From: an uncultured delta proteobacterium
GTDB lineage: Bacteria > Myxococcota > Myxococcia > Myxococcales > Myxococcaceae
NCBI GenBank assembly: GCA_963796055.1
Contig: CAWCKH010000004.1
Span: 1,024,001 to 1,088,000, forward strand
DNA length: 64,000 nucleotides
Direction: 5' to 3'
The notes beneath the pieces were generated by a model. It ran no database searches, was not told where the DNA came from, and saw only the letters and a program-made list of their open reading frames with translations. How positions within the stretch are numbered: the first letter of the stretch is position 1; each line of letters starts with the position of its first letter. Of the stretch, positions 10,523 through 20,244 are shown one piece after another. The position numbers and the translations under genes were made by a program.

Positions 10523-11713
10523 TCAGACGAGGCGGGCGCTGATCTCCTGGTGGAGGTGGGCGCCCCGCCGGGTGAGCCGGAGCCGAGGCCCGACCGGCTC
10601 CAGGAATCCGTCGCGGACGAGCGCCTCGACCTGGGCGGTGCGCGGGGGAATGCCATGCCCGGCCCAGAGCGCGGCCAGATCCAGCCCCGAGCGGAGCCGC
10701 AGCCCGAGCAGCAGGCGCTCCTCGTAGAGGGCGGCGTCGTCGAGCGTCTCCCGATCCTCGTCCGGGTGGCGTCCCGACCCGACCGCCTCGAGCCAGCGTG
10801 GCGTGCTGCGAAGGTTCGTGGTGCGAACACCGCCCGCACCATGGCGATGGAAGCCGACCGCGCCGGCCCCGAGGGCGAGCGACTCTCCGCCGGTCCAGTA
10901 CAGGGCGTTGTGGCGCGCGTGTCGACCCGGGACCGCGTGGCTGGAGATCTCGTACCGCTCGAGGCCCGCACTGGCGAGCACCTCACCCACGGCGTCCACC
11001 ATCTCCACCACCGCCCCGTCGTCCGGAAGCGCGAGCCGGCCCTGGCGGAGGCGGCGGCTGAACACCGTCTCGGCGCCGAGGTGCTCGCGGTCCACCGTCA
11101 GCACGTAGGACGAGACGTGCTCCGGCCCGAGCGCGGCCGTGCGACGGGCATCCTCGACCGCCGCGGCGAGCGACTGACCCGGCACTCCATGGATCAGGTC
11201 GACGGAGACGTTCTCGAATCCCGCGGCGCGCGCTGCACCGAAGGCGGCGTCCGCGTCGGCAGGGGAGTGCGCCCGGCCGAGCGTGGTCAGCACCGCGGCC
11301 TCGAACGACTGGATGCCGAGCGACAGCCGGTTCACGCCCGCGGCCCGGTAGCCGGCCAGCCGCGCGGCGTCGGCCACCTCGGGGTTCGCCTCCAGCGAGA
11401 CCTCGGCGTCGGGGGCCAGCGGAAGCGCGGCGGCGAACCCTTCGAGCACCCGGCCCACCTCGCGCGGTTCCCATAAAGAGGGGGTCCCGCCGCCGAGATA
11501 GACCGAGTCAAGAAGCCGCTCGGCCCAGGCCGGGCGCTCCTCGAGGCGCAGGCGCAGCTCGGCCAGCACCGCGTCGGCGTAGCGCGCCCCGGGAATCGAC
11601 CGCGCGATGGCAATGGTGAAGTCGCAATACGGGCATCGCCGCAGGCAGTACGGGAAGTGCACGTACAGCCCGGAGCGCGCGACCTCGAGCCCGGTGAGCG
11701 GATCGACCTCCAT
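10523..11713 (-). CDS. hemW: Radical SAM heme chaperone HemW (HemN-like)
   Basis: LYVHFPYCLRRCPYCDF, GGGTPS, EANP, NRLSLGIQSF, YEIS and HNALYW motifs. Confidence 0.9.
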   Translation of the reverse strand: MEVDPLTGLEVARSGLYVHFPYCLRRCPYCDFTIAIARSIPGARYADAVLAELRLRLEERPAWAERLLDSVYLGGGTPSLWEPREVGRVLEGFAAALPLAPDAEVSLEANPEVADAARLAGYRAAGVNRLSLGIQSFEAAVLTTLGRAHSPADADAAFGAARAAGFENVSVDLIHGVPGQSLAAAVEDARRTAALGPEHVSSYVLTVDREHLGAETVFSRRLRQGRLALPDDGAVVEMVDAVGEVLASAGLERYEISSHAVPGRHARHNALYWTGGESLALGAGAVGFHRHGAGGVRTTNLRSTPRWLEAVGSGRHPDEDRETLDDAALYEERLLLGLRLRSGLDLAALWAGHGIPPRTAQVEALVRDGFLEPVGPRLRLTRRGAHLHQEISARLV

Positions 11714-12067
11714 GGAGGAAAGGGCTGTACACCGACGAGGAGCCGTCCGGCGACTCCGTGGCCGGGTGACCGTCGGTGGTGCTCAGCGACTGCGCGCGAC
11801 ACTCCCCCGGCGCCGCCCGACCGATTCGGTATGTGGAAGGCCGTTGCAGGCACAAAACCGGTCGCTCGCCGGGGCGGGCGTGGAGCGGCCCAGCGCCTCC
11901 AGAGCGTTCGGTCTCGCGCCGGCCAGCCGGAACGGGCACGACAGCGGGTCACCAGGCCACAGAGGCTCCCAGGGGCGTTAAAACCCGTTGAGCATCCGGC
12001 ACACCCCTGGTGCCCGGTGGGCCACCCCCCCCCGCCAGGCACCGCCCGAAAGGACCCGCCGGTGAAG

Positions 12068-12796
12068 CTACCCGCGCCCCCGCGCGCCGGCCGGCTCAGG
12101 CTCCATCGACGCCCGGATCGCCGCCCGCGCCAGCAGCCGGGTCGAGTCCAGCGTCGGCAGCGGCGAGTTGGCGTCCGAGATGATCAGCGGAATCTCCGTG
12201 CACCCCAGCACCACCGCATCACACCCTGCGTCCTTCAGCCGTCCGATGACCGCCTGGAAGCTGCGTACTCCTTCGGCAAGGAAACGGCCGTTGACCAGCT
12301 CCTCCATGATGATCCGGCTGCACTCCAGCCGGTCCGCCTCGTCCGGGCGCACCCAGGCGAGCCCGCGCGCACCCAGCTTCTCCGGATACACCTCGCTCGC
12401 CACCAGCCACCGCGTCCCGGTGAGCCCCAGCTTCCGGAAGCCGCGGGCGGCCGCCTCCTCCGCCACCACCTCCGCGATGTGCAGCCAGGGCAGCGAAGAC
12501 CGCCCCCCGAAGAACGGGAACGCCTGGTGAATGGTGTTGTCCGGGCAGATGAGGAGGCGCGCGCCGGTCGCTGCCAGCTTCCGCGCCGAGTCCAGCATCA
12601 GCTCGGCCACGCCGGCCCAGTCGTCTCGGGTGATGCACGCGTCGTACGCCGCGAACGAGTGTCCGTGCAGCGAGACCTCCGGATGCGCGTACGGGCCGAG
12701 CACCCGGGGGGCCTCCGAGCACAGCGTGCGGTAGCAGAGCGCGGCGCCCTCGGCGGAGCAGGCGACGATCCCGATGTGGAGAGGAAGCGCGGTCAT
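12068..12796 (-). CDS. Aspartate/glutamate racemase family protein
   Basis: ICPDNTIH and VVLGCTEIPL catalytic Cys motifs; LDST. Confidence 0.88.
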   Translation of the reverse strand: MTALPLHIGIVACSAEGAALCYRTLCSEAPRVLGPYAHPEVSLHGHSFAAYDACITRDDWAGVAELMLDSARKLAATGARLLICPDNTIHQAFPFFGGRSSLPWLHIAEVVAEEAAARGFRKLGLTGTRWLVASEVYPEKLGARGLAWVRPDEADRLECSRIIMEELVNGRFLAEGVRSFQAVIGRLKDAGCDAVVLGCTEIPLIISDANSPLPTLDSTRLLARAAIRASMEPEPAGARGRG

Positions 12797-12830
12797 CGCC
12801 CCGGATGCTTGCAAGGGGCGACCGGTACAG

Positions 12831-15161
12831 TCAGCCCTTCTTCTTCAGCTGCGCCTCGAGCCGCGCAACCTTGGACTTGAGCAGCGCCGCTGCCTCGGCG
12901 GCGTTCTCCGCGGCGACCAGCTTGGTCTTCAGCTTGGCGATGTCGGCGCGGAGCTTCTCCACCTCGGCGCTACTCGCCGCGGCCGGGGCAGCGGGAGGCG
13001 GCCGGCGCTCCAGCTCGGAGACGCGGGCCGCCAGCGTCTCGCGCTCGCGCTTCTCCTTCATGAACGAGGCCTGCGACTCCATCGCCTTGCGGTTGGCGTC
13101 GGTCAGCTCCTCGCGGACCTTCTTCAGGGCGATGGTGTCCCCACGGAGCCGCTCCAGCTCCTCGGTGAGCTTCCGGATGGTGGCCTCGGAACCCCCGGCC
13201 AGCTGCGCGCTCAGCTGCTCGCGGAGCGAGGTCGACTTCTGCTGCTCCGTCTTGAGCGAGTCCTGGAGCCTCTGGACCTGCGTCGCGACCTGCGCGGCCT
13301 GCGCCTTCGCCTTCTCCTCGGCCGAGCGCGCCGACTCCAGCTCCTTGGCCACCGTCTGTAGCTTCTGCTCCGCACTCTTGCGCTTCTGCTCCTCGCCCCC
13401 GAGCGCGGCCTCGAGCTGCGCAGCCTGGGTGCGCTGGGTCTCCAGGAGCGAGCTCGTCTCCTGGTGCGCCCCCTGGTACTCGTCGAGCTGGCGTCGGAGC
13501 TCGGCACCCTTCGCCTCGGCCTGGGTGCGCTTCTCCACCTCGGTCTGCAGCTGCCGCTCCAGCGCCTTGACCCTCTCGGCGCGGGACTCGCTCTCCAGCC
13601 GCACCGCGCCCTCGGACTTCTGCGCGCCGTGGAGCTGCTGAGAGCGCTCGGCGAGCCTGGCCTCCAGCGCCTTCCGGGCCTGGGCCTCGCGTCCGAGCGC
13701 CTCGTCCAGCTCGGCGCGGGCCCGCTGCTCCTCGGCCTGCATCTGGCTCTGGAAGGCCTCCAGCTCGCCGCGCAGCGCGGCCGATTCCTCGGAGTGCCCG
13801 TGCAGCTGGTCCTGGAGCTGTGCGGCGTTCCGGGTGCTCTCGTCCAGCTGCGCCTGCAGCTCGCGCACCTTGGCCAGCTGCGTCTCCAGGGCCTGGCGGA
13901 GCCGGGGCAGATCCGCCGCCTCCTTCTCCAGATCCGCCTTCTCGGCCTTGAGCGCGGCGAGGGCGGCGCTCGACTCGGCCAGCTCCTCGCTGGAGGCCTC
14001 GGCCATCTGGGCCGCGCTCTCCTCCAGCGCCTGGGCCCGCTGGCGCGCCTCGTCCAGCTCTCCCTCGAGGTAGCGGAGACGGCCCTCGAGCTCGTCCACC
14101 GAGGCCCGGCTCTGCCCGTGTTCCTGCTCCAGCGACGACAGTGACTGCCGCGCGGCCTCGAGGTCCTTCCGGAGCCCGTCTGCCTCCCTGGTGAGCCGCT
14201 CCACGTCGGCGGTGGCGAAGTCCTTCTCGGTGACGGCGCCGTCGCGCTCGGCGGTGAGGGTCCTCACCTCCTCGGCCAGCCGGTCCCTCTCCTGCTCCAG
14301 CCGGTCCGCCACGCTCGCCATCTCGTGGTACTGGCCATTGACCGCGTCGAGGCTGCCCATCGCCTCGAGCTTCTCCACCTCGAGCTGGCGGGCCTTCTCC
14401 TCGGTGGCCTGGAGCGACTCCTTCACCGTCGCCAGCTCCTCGGCAGTCGCGGCGCGGGCGAGCTTCTCCTCGTCGAGCGCGGCCCTCAGCCCGGGGAGCT
14501 CGGCCTCCACCTCGGCCAGGGCCCGCGCCAGGTCCCGCCGGTCGGCCTCGCTGGAGGCCAGGTGCTGCTCGAAGCCGGTGGCCTGGCCCTCGGCAGCGTC
14601 GGCCCGGAGCCGCTCCTGCTCGAGTGCCGCCTGGAGCTGCTCGAGCCGCGCGGGCAGGTACCGGAGCTGGCCGAGCTGGGGGAGCACCTCGTCCAGCTGT
14701 GCCTTGAGCGCCACCGCCACCTCGCGCAGCCGGGCCGCCTCGAGCTCACGCTGCTCGTAGGCGCTCCGCGCCCGGGTGAGCGTCTCTTCCTTCAGCTTGA
14801 GGACGGCGCGGAAGTACTCGAGCTTCTCGTCCAGCGCGATGCCCCGGGGAGGCCGAGGCTCCGGGGGCTCCTGGAACGGGTCTCCCGAGGGCCGCGGAAG
14901 GGCGGGGGGCACCTGGGCCACCGGGACGAGGCCTCCGGTCGCGGCGCCGGGCTGGGCGGGGGCGGGAGCCGCGCTGGACGGGCGGTTCCCGGAGGACCGC
15001 CTCGGCAGGGGCGGCGGAGCGCCCGGGGCCGGAGGGGCTGCCTGCTGGGGCGGCGGGGGAGCCCGTCGCGTAGGTGGGACAGCCGGCGCCTTCGGGGCGA
15101 GGGGTTCGTCCCCGAAGTCCAGATCTTGAAGAGGATTGACGTCTTCCGGTGCGCCGGGCAT
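12831..15161 (-). CDS. Long coiled-coil protein with Pro-rich N-terminus
   Basis: About 600 aa of E/Q/L/A/R heptads; ATG at 15161 (MPGAPEDVNPLQDLDF). Confidence 0.8.
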   Translation of the reverse strand: MPGAPEDVNPLQDLDFGDEPLAPKAPAVPPTRRAPPPPQQAAPPAPGAPPPLPRRSSGNRPSSAAPAPAQPGAATGGLVPVAQVPPALPRPSGDPFQEPPEPRPPRGIALDEKLEYFRAVLKLKEETLTRARSAYEQRELEAARLREVAVALKAQLDEVLPQLGQLRYLPARLEQLQAALEQERLRADAAEGQATGFEQHLASSEADRRDLARALAEVEAELPGLRAALDEEKLARAATAEELATVKESLQATEEKARQLEVEKLEAMGSLDAVNGQYHEMASVADRLEQERDRLAEEVRTLTAERDGAVTEKDFATADVERLTREADGLRKDLEAARQSLSSLEQEHGQSRASVDELEGRLRYLEGELDEARQRAQALEESAAQMAEASSEELAESSAALAALKAEKADLEKEAADLPRLRQALETQLAKVRELQAQLDESTRNAAQLQDQLHGHSEESAALRGELEAFQSQMQAEEQRARAELDEALGREAQARKALEARLAERSQQLHGAQKSEGAVRLESESRAERVKALERQLQTEVEKRTQAEAKGAELRRQLDEYQGAHQETSSLLETQRTQAAQLEAALGGEEQKRKSAEQKLQTVAKELESARSAEEKAKAQAAQVATQVQRLQDSLKTEQQKSTSLREQLSAQLAGGSEATIRKLTEELERLRGDTIALKKVREELTDANRKAMESQASFMKEKRERETLAARVSELERRPPPAAPAAASSAEVEKLRADIAKLKTKLVAAENAAEAAALLKSKVARLEAQLKKKG

Positions 15162-15235
15162 CGCCTGACAGGGCAGACTACCTGTCCTTCGGGGGTTTCC
15201 CCAAAAGCCACCGGCCCGACGAGGCTCCATCCTAC

Positions 15236-17837
15236 ATGCCGACCCGCCATCGACTCGACAACGGCCTCACCGTCCTTCACAAGCAGCAGGGGGCCGCACA
15301 CGTGGTGGCCTGGCAGGTCTGGGTCAACGTGGGGGGCGCCGACGAGAGCCCGGACGAGGCCGGCCTCGCCCATCTCCACGAGCACATGCTGTTCAAGGGA
15401 ACCGAGCGCCGGGGGCTGGGGGAGATCGCCCGAGACATCGAGGCGCACGGCGGGGAGGTCAACGCCTGGACCTCGTTCGACCACACCGTCTACCACACGG
15501 TGATGGCGTCCCAGTTCGCGCGCGAGGGCCTGGACGTGCTCGCCGACGCGGTGCGCTTCCCCCGCTTCGACCCCACGGAGCTGGCGCGCGAGTGCGAGGT
15601 GGTGGTGGAGGAGATCAAGCGCGCCGAGGACTCGCCGGCCCGCCGCGCCTCCCGCGACCTGTTTCGCGAGAGCTACCAGGTACACCCCTACCGCCTCCCC
15701 GTCCTGGGGACGCCGGAGAGCGTGCGGGCGACGACTCGCGAACGCATCCTCGACTTCTACCGCCGGCACTACACACCCGAGGCGATGACGCTGATCGCCG
15801 TGGGCGACGTCTCGCTCGCCTCGGTGCGTACCTGGGCCGAGCAGCTGCTCGGCGGCGACTGGGGTCGTCCGCGCGCGCCCGGCCGTCAACGGGCGGTGGA
15901 ACCTCCGCGGACGGGCCGACGCATCTTCCTTTCGGCAGACGAGGCGAAGGAGGCCTGGCTCAACGTCTCGTTCGCCATTCCCGCCGCCAACCACGAGGAC
16001 GTGCCCGCCCTCGACGTGCTGGCGATGCTCGCCGGGCAGGGCGAGACGAGCCGACTCTTCCGCCAGGTGAAGCGCGCCGGCCGGCTGGTGAACGAGATCA
16101 GCGCCTACGCCTACACCCCGGTGGACCCGGGCCTGTTCGGGGTGGGGATGACCTTGCCGGGCGAGAAGGTGCGGCCGGCGCTCACCGAGTCGCTGCGCAC
16201 GCTGGCCCAGCTGGCCACCGCGCCCGCCCGCCGAGGAGGAGCTGGCGACCATCAAGGCGCTGGTGGAGAGCGAGGCAGTCTACGCCCGGGAGACGGTGCA
16301 GGGCCTGGCGCGGAAGCTCGGGCACTACGAGACGACGCTCGGCGGTTTCGAGGCCGAGGAGAAGTACCACGCCAGGGTCGCCGCGCTGACCCCGGACGCT
16401 GTGTGGCAGGTGGCGCGGCGGTACCTCGACTTCGACACCGCGGTGGTCACCGGGCTGCTGCCGGCGGGGGCGCAGCTCACCGAGGCCGAGGTGCACGAGG
16501 CGCTGGACGAGGCACGACGCGAGCCCGGGCGTCACCACCCCGGCGCGCCGGGCGCAGACGGTGCCCGCAGCGGCGATGCCGAAGCTGATGGGTACCGGGC
16601 CCGAGGCGGGGAAGATCGCAGATCGAGACGGCTGGGCAACGGCGCCACCCTGCTGGTGCGCGAGGAGCGGGCGACCCCACTGGTGGCGATGCGGGCGGCC
16701 TTCGTCGGGGGCTTGCGCTTCGAGACCGAGGAGATCAACGGGCTCACCACCCTGCTTTCGCGAATGCTCACCCGCGGTACGACATCGCTCGGGGCCGAGG
16801 AGATCCAGCATGTGATGGACGCCTGTGCGGGCTCCGTCGCCGGAGTGGGTGGGCGGAACTCGGTGTCGCTCCGGGCCGAGGCGCTGTCCCGGCACTTCGA
16901 GCGTGCCTTCACCCTCTTCGCCGACTGCCTGCTCGACCCCGCCTTCCCCGAGGAGGAGCTGGAGCGGGAGCGGCATCTCCTCCTGCAAGAGATCGCCGCC
17001 CGTGAGGACCGACCCTCCTCGCTGGCGTTCGACACCTTTTCCCGCACGCTGTTCCAGCACCACCCCTACCGGATGCCGCAGATCGGCGAGCGGGCGACGG
17101 TGGAGCGCTTCCCCGCCGAGCAGCTGCGCGCGCACCACCGCCGCTTCCACGACCCCTCGCGGATGGTGCTGGCGATCATCGGCGACGTGAACGCGTCCGA
17201 GGCGCTGGAGCATGCGCGCATGCTGTTCGGCGCGACGGGAGAGGGACCCGGTCCGCTCCCCGACGTGCCCCGCGAGGCGCCACCCACCGAGCGACGACGG
17301 GTGCACCGGGTGCTCAGCCGCGCGCAGGCGCACCTGGTGCTCGGGTTCCAGGGGCTCACCCTCTTCGACCCGGACCGGCACGCGCTGGAGGTGCTCTCCA
17401 CCGTCCTCTCGGGCATGGGCGGGCGGCTCTTCACCGAGCTCCGCGACAAGCGGAGCATGGCGTACGCCGTGACCAGCATGGCGGTGGAGGGGATCGACCC
17501 CGGGTACTTCGCGGTCTACATCGGCACCAGTCCCGACAAGCGCGAGGCCGCCGAGGCGGCGATGGAGACCGAGCTGCGCAAGCTGCTCGAGGAGCAGGTC
17601 ACTCCCGCCGAGCTGGACCGGGCGAAGGCGCACCTGGTGGGGACGCACGAGATCGGCCTGCAGCGAAACGCAGCCCGGGCGGCGCTGCTGGCGCTCGACA
17701 CGGCGTACGGGCTCGGCCTCGACAACTTCGAGCACTACGGCGAGCACATCCAGGCGGTGACCGCGGACGACGTCCAGCGGGTCGCCCGGCGCATCATCCA
17801 GCTGGACCGGGCGGTGGTGGCGGTGGTGGGGCCGTGA
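15236..17837 (+). CDS. M16 family zinc peptidase (two-domain, pitrilysin-like); frameshifted in this sequence
   Basis: GLAHLHEHMLFKGT (HxxEH), NAWTSFDHTVY, GRLFTELRDKRSMAY; frame change at ~16223-16230 and a probable compensated pair of indels at ~16515-16628. Confidence 0.88.
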
Positions 17838-18205
17838 CCGCGCCGGCGCTCGTGCTCTGGGATGGCGACTGCGGCTTCTGTCGCCGGAGCGTCCAGTGGG
17901 CGGAGCGCCACGACACCGGCCATGCGTTCCGCGCGGTGCCGTACCAGCAGGCGCCATCGCCGCCGATGACCCCGGAGCTCCGTCTGGCGTGTGCCCGGGC
18001 GGTGCACGTGATCACCCCGGAGGGGACCGTGCTTCGCGCCGGTCGCGCCCTCCTCTGGGTCCTGGAGCGAACGGGCCACCCGGTGCTGTCACGGATGCTG
18101 TCCCTGCCGCCCCTGGTGTGGGCGGTGGAGCTGGGCTACTGGCTGGTGGCCCGGAACCGCCGGCTCGCCTCGCGGGTGCTGTTCCGGGGAGGAGCGGAGC
18201 GATGA
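17834..18205 (+). CDS. DCC1-like thiol-disulfide oxidoreductase (DUF393)
   Basis: LWDGDCGFC and Y.LVARNR motifs; GTGA overlap with the upstream gene. Confidence 0.88.
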   Translation: MTAPALVLWDGDCGFCRRSVQWAERHDTGHAFRAVPYQQAPSPPMTPELRLACARAVHVITPEGTVLRAGRALLWVLERTGHPVLSRMLSLPPLVWAVELGYWLVARNRRLASRVLFRGGAER

Positions 18206-18507
18206 TCTGCGTCGCCGTCACCTACGTCGTCCTCCCCAACCGCGACGAGGAAGCCATCGACCTCTTCACCTCGATGACCGAGGCCAGTCTTCGAGAACCT
18301 GGCTGCCGGATGTACCAGGTGCACCGGAGCCGCGAGGAGCCGAGGCGCTTCTTCCTCTACGAGCAGTACGACGATGAGAAGGCGCTCGAGGCGCACCGGA
18401 AGAGCCCGCACTTCGAGCAGCACGTGCTGCGCGGGCTGTTCCGCATCCTCGAGAGCCGCACGCCGGACACCTGGGTTCCCCTCCAGCTCCCGGGCAAGCG
18501 GAGGTGA
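18202..18507 (+). CDS. Putative quinol monooxygenase (ABM domain)
   Basis: SLREPGCRMYQV...FFLYEQYDDEKALEAHRKSPHF; ATGA overlap. Confidence 0.88.
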   Translation: MICVAVTYVVLPNRDEEAIDLFTSMTEASLREPGCRMYQVHRSREEPRRFFLYEQYDDEKALEAHRKSPHFEQHVLRGLFRILESRTPDTWVPLQLPGKRR

Positions 18508-19361
18508 AGGCGGTCTCGCTCAGCCTGGACGTGCCCGAGCCGGAGGCAGAGCGGGTGGAGGCGCTGCTCTGGGACGCGGGGGCGACCGGGCTGGAGATCC
18601 GGGACCGCGAGGCGCCGCCGATGCCGGGCGTGCGCGGGCCATCGCCGGGGGAGGCCATCGTGGTGGCGTGGTTCGAGGGCCGCGGGCCCGCCGAGGCCGC
18701 CCTGGAGGACGTCCGCGCCTGGGTGCCGAGCGCGCGCGGAGTGCTGGAGGAGCCCCCCGACACCGACTGGTCGACGGCGTGGCGGGCCCGCATCCGGTCC
18801 ACGCGCGTGGGGCGGCTGTGGGTGGGGCCACCGTGGGAGACCGCGCCCGAGGGAACGGTGGCGCTCACCATCGAGCCGAAGATGGCCTTCGGCACCGGCG
18901 ACCATCCGACCACCGCGCTGTGCCTCGCAGCGGTGGAGGCGTTCTGCACCGCCCGCCCCGGCGCCTCGGTGCTCGACGTGGGCACCGGCACGGGCGTGCT
19001 CGCGCTGATGGCGCGGAAGCTGGGGGCCGGTCGGGTGGTGGGGGTGGACAACGACCCGATGTCGGTGACGCTCGCGCGGGAGAACGCGGTGCTGAACGGC
19101 ATCACCGGGGTCGAGCTCTCCGGCGCGACGCTCGACGGGGTCGACGGACCGTTCGCCCTGGTGCTGGCCAACATCCTGGCCAACACGCTGGTGGAGCTCG
19201 CGCCAGCGCTGGTCCGGCAGACCGGGGCGCGGCTGGTGCTCGCGGGCGTGCTGCTCCACCAGGAGGACGAGGTGCGGGAGGCCTTCGAGCGTGCCGGGGC
19301 GGTGCCCGCGGGCGGCGACCGCATCGGCGATTGGGTTCGGCTCGACTTCCGCGTGGCCTGA
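18504..19361 (+). CDS. prmA: 50S ribosomal protein L11 methyltransferase
   Basis: IEPKMAFGTGDHPTT, VLDVGTGTGVLA and ANILA motifs. Confidence 0.93.
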   Translation: MKAVSLSLDVPEPEAERVEALLWDAGATGLEIRDREAPPMPGVRGPSPGEAIVVAWFEGRGPAEAALEDVRAWVPSARGVLEEPPDTDWSTAWRARIRSTRVGRLWVGPPWETAPEGTVALTIEPKMAFGTGDHPTTALCLAAVEAFCTARPGASVLDVGTGTGVLALMARKLGAGRVVGVDNDPMSVTLARENAVLNGITGVELSGATLDGVDGPFALVLANILANTLVELAPALVRQTGARLVLAGVLLHQEDEVREAFERAGAVPAGGDRIGDWVRLDFRVA

Positions 19362-19362
19362 C

Positions 19363-20082
19363 GTGTTCCGGGTCCGCCTCGACGTGCCCACGCCTGCCCC
19401 CGAACGCCTCCGGGTGGAGGGTGCGGCGCTGCACCATCTGCGCGTCGCGCGGGTCGTCCCCGGTGAGAAGATCGAGGTGTTCGACGGACGCGGCCGGGCC
19501 TGGGCGGGGTGGCTGGAGACTGTGGACGAGGGCGGCGCCGTGCTCCGCCTCGGCGACGAGCGGCGGGGCGAGACCGGGCGGTCGGTGGTGCTGATCCAGG
19601 GCCTCCCGAAGGGCGACAAGCTGGACTGGGTGCTGCAGAAGGCCACGGAGCTGGGCGTGTCCGCGGTGTGGCCGGTGGTGACCGCGCGGTCGGTGGCGCG
19701 GCCGAAGCCCGAGGCGCTCGGGGCGAGACATGTCCGCTGGCAGCGGATCGTCGAGGAGGCGGCGCGACAATCGGGCCGGGCGGAGGTGCCGGAGGTGGCG
19801 GCGCTCCGTCCACTCGACGAGGCGGTGAGGGCGCTGGTGCCGGGCGTGCGGCTGCTGGTGCTCGACGAGGAGGAGCGTTCCGAACGGCTCGGGCTGGCCG
19901 CGGGCGAGGGCGCGGTGGCAATCGTCGTCGGCCCCGAGGGCGGGCTCGCGCGCGAGGAAGTGGAGACCTTGCGCGCCGCGGGCGGCGTCCCGGTCTCGCT
20001 CGGTCCGCTCGTTCTCCGGACCGAGACCGCGGGACTCGCCGCGCTGGCGGTGCTTCGTCACCTCGACGGCCTGCTGGGCTGA
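19363..20082 (+). CDS. rsmE: 16S rRNA m3U1498 methyltransferase
   Basis: HHLRVARV, QKATELGV, VGPEGG and LGPLVLRTETA; directly after prmA. Confidence 0.93.
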   Translation: MFRVRLDVPTPAPERLRVEGAALHHLRVARVVPGEKIEVFDGRGRAWAGWLETVDEGGAVLRLGDERRGETGRSVVLIQGLPKGDKLDWVLQKATELGVSAVWPVVTARSVARPKPEALGARHVRWQRIVEEAARQSGRAEVPEVAALRPLDEAVRALVPGVRLLVLDEEERSERLGLAAGEGAVAIVVGPEGGLAREEVETLRAAGGVPVSLGPLVLRTETAGLAALAVLRHLDGLLG

Positions 20083-20130
20083 GTCAGCAGGGTGTCCTCC
20101 TGCCGGGACCCGCGTCCCGATGCACGGACG

Positions 20131-20184
20131 TAACGAGGTGTTTGGCACCTCGACCGGGCACCTCGACCGGGCACCTCGACCGGG
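20131..20184. repeat. REP-like palindrome copy with GGCACCTCGACCG tandem tail
   Basis: TAACGAGGTGTTTGGCACCTC followed by GACCGGGCACCTC repeats; same family as 7391-7668. Confidence 0.8.
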
Positions 20185-20244
20185 AGCGGACAGGCGGGCA
20201 GCCCGTTTCTTGCGTCCCTCCTCCATCCGGCCTTTCATGCCGCC

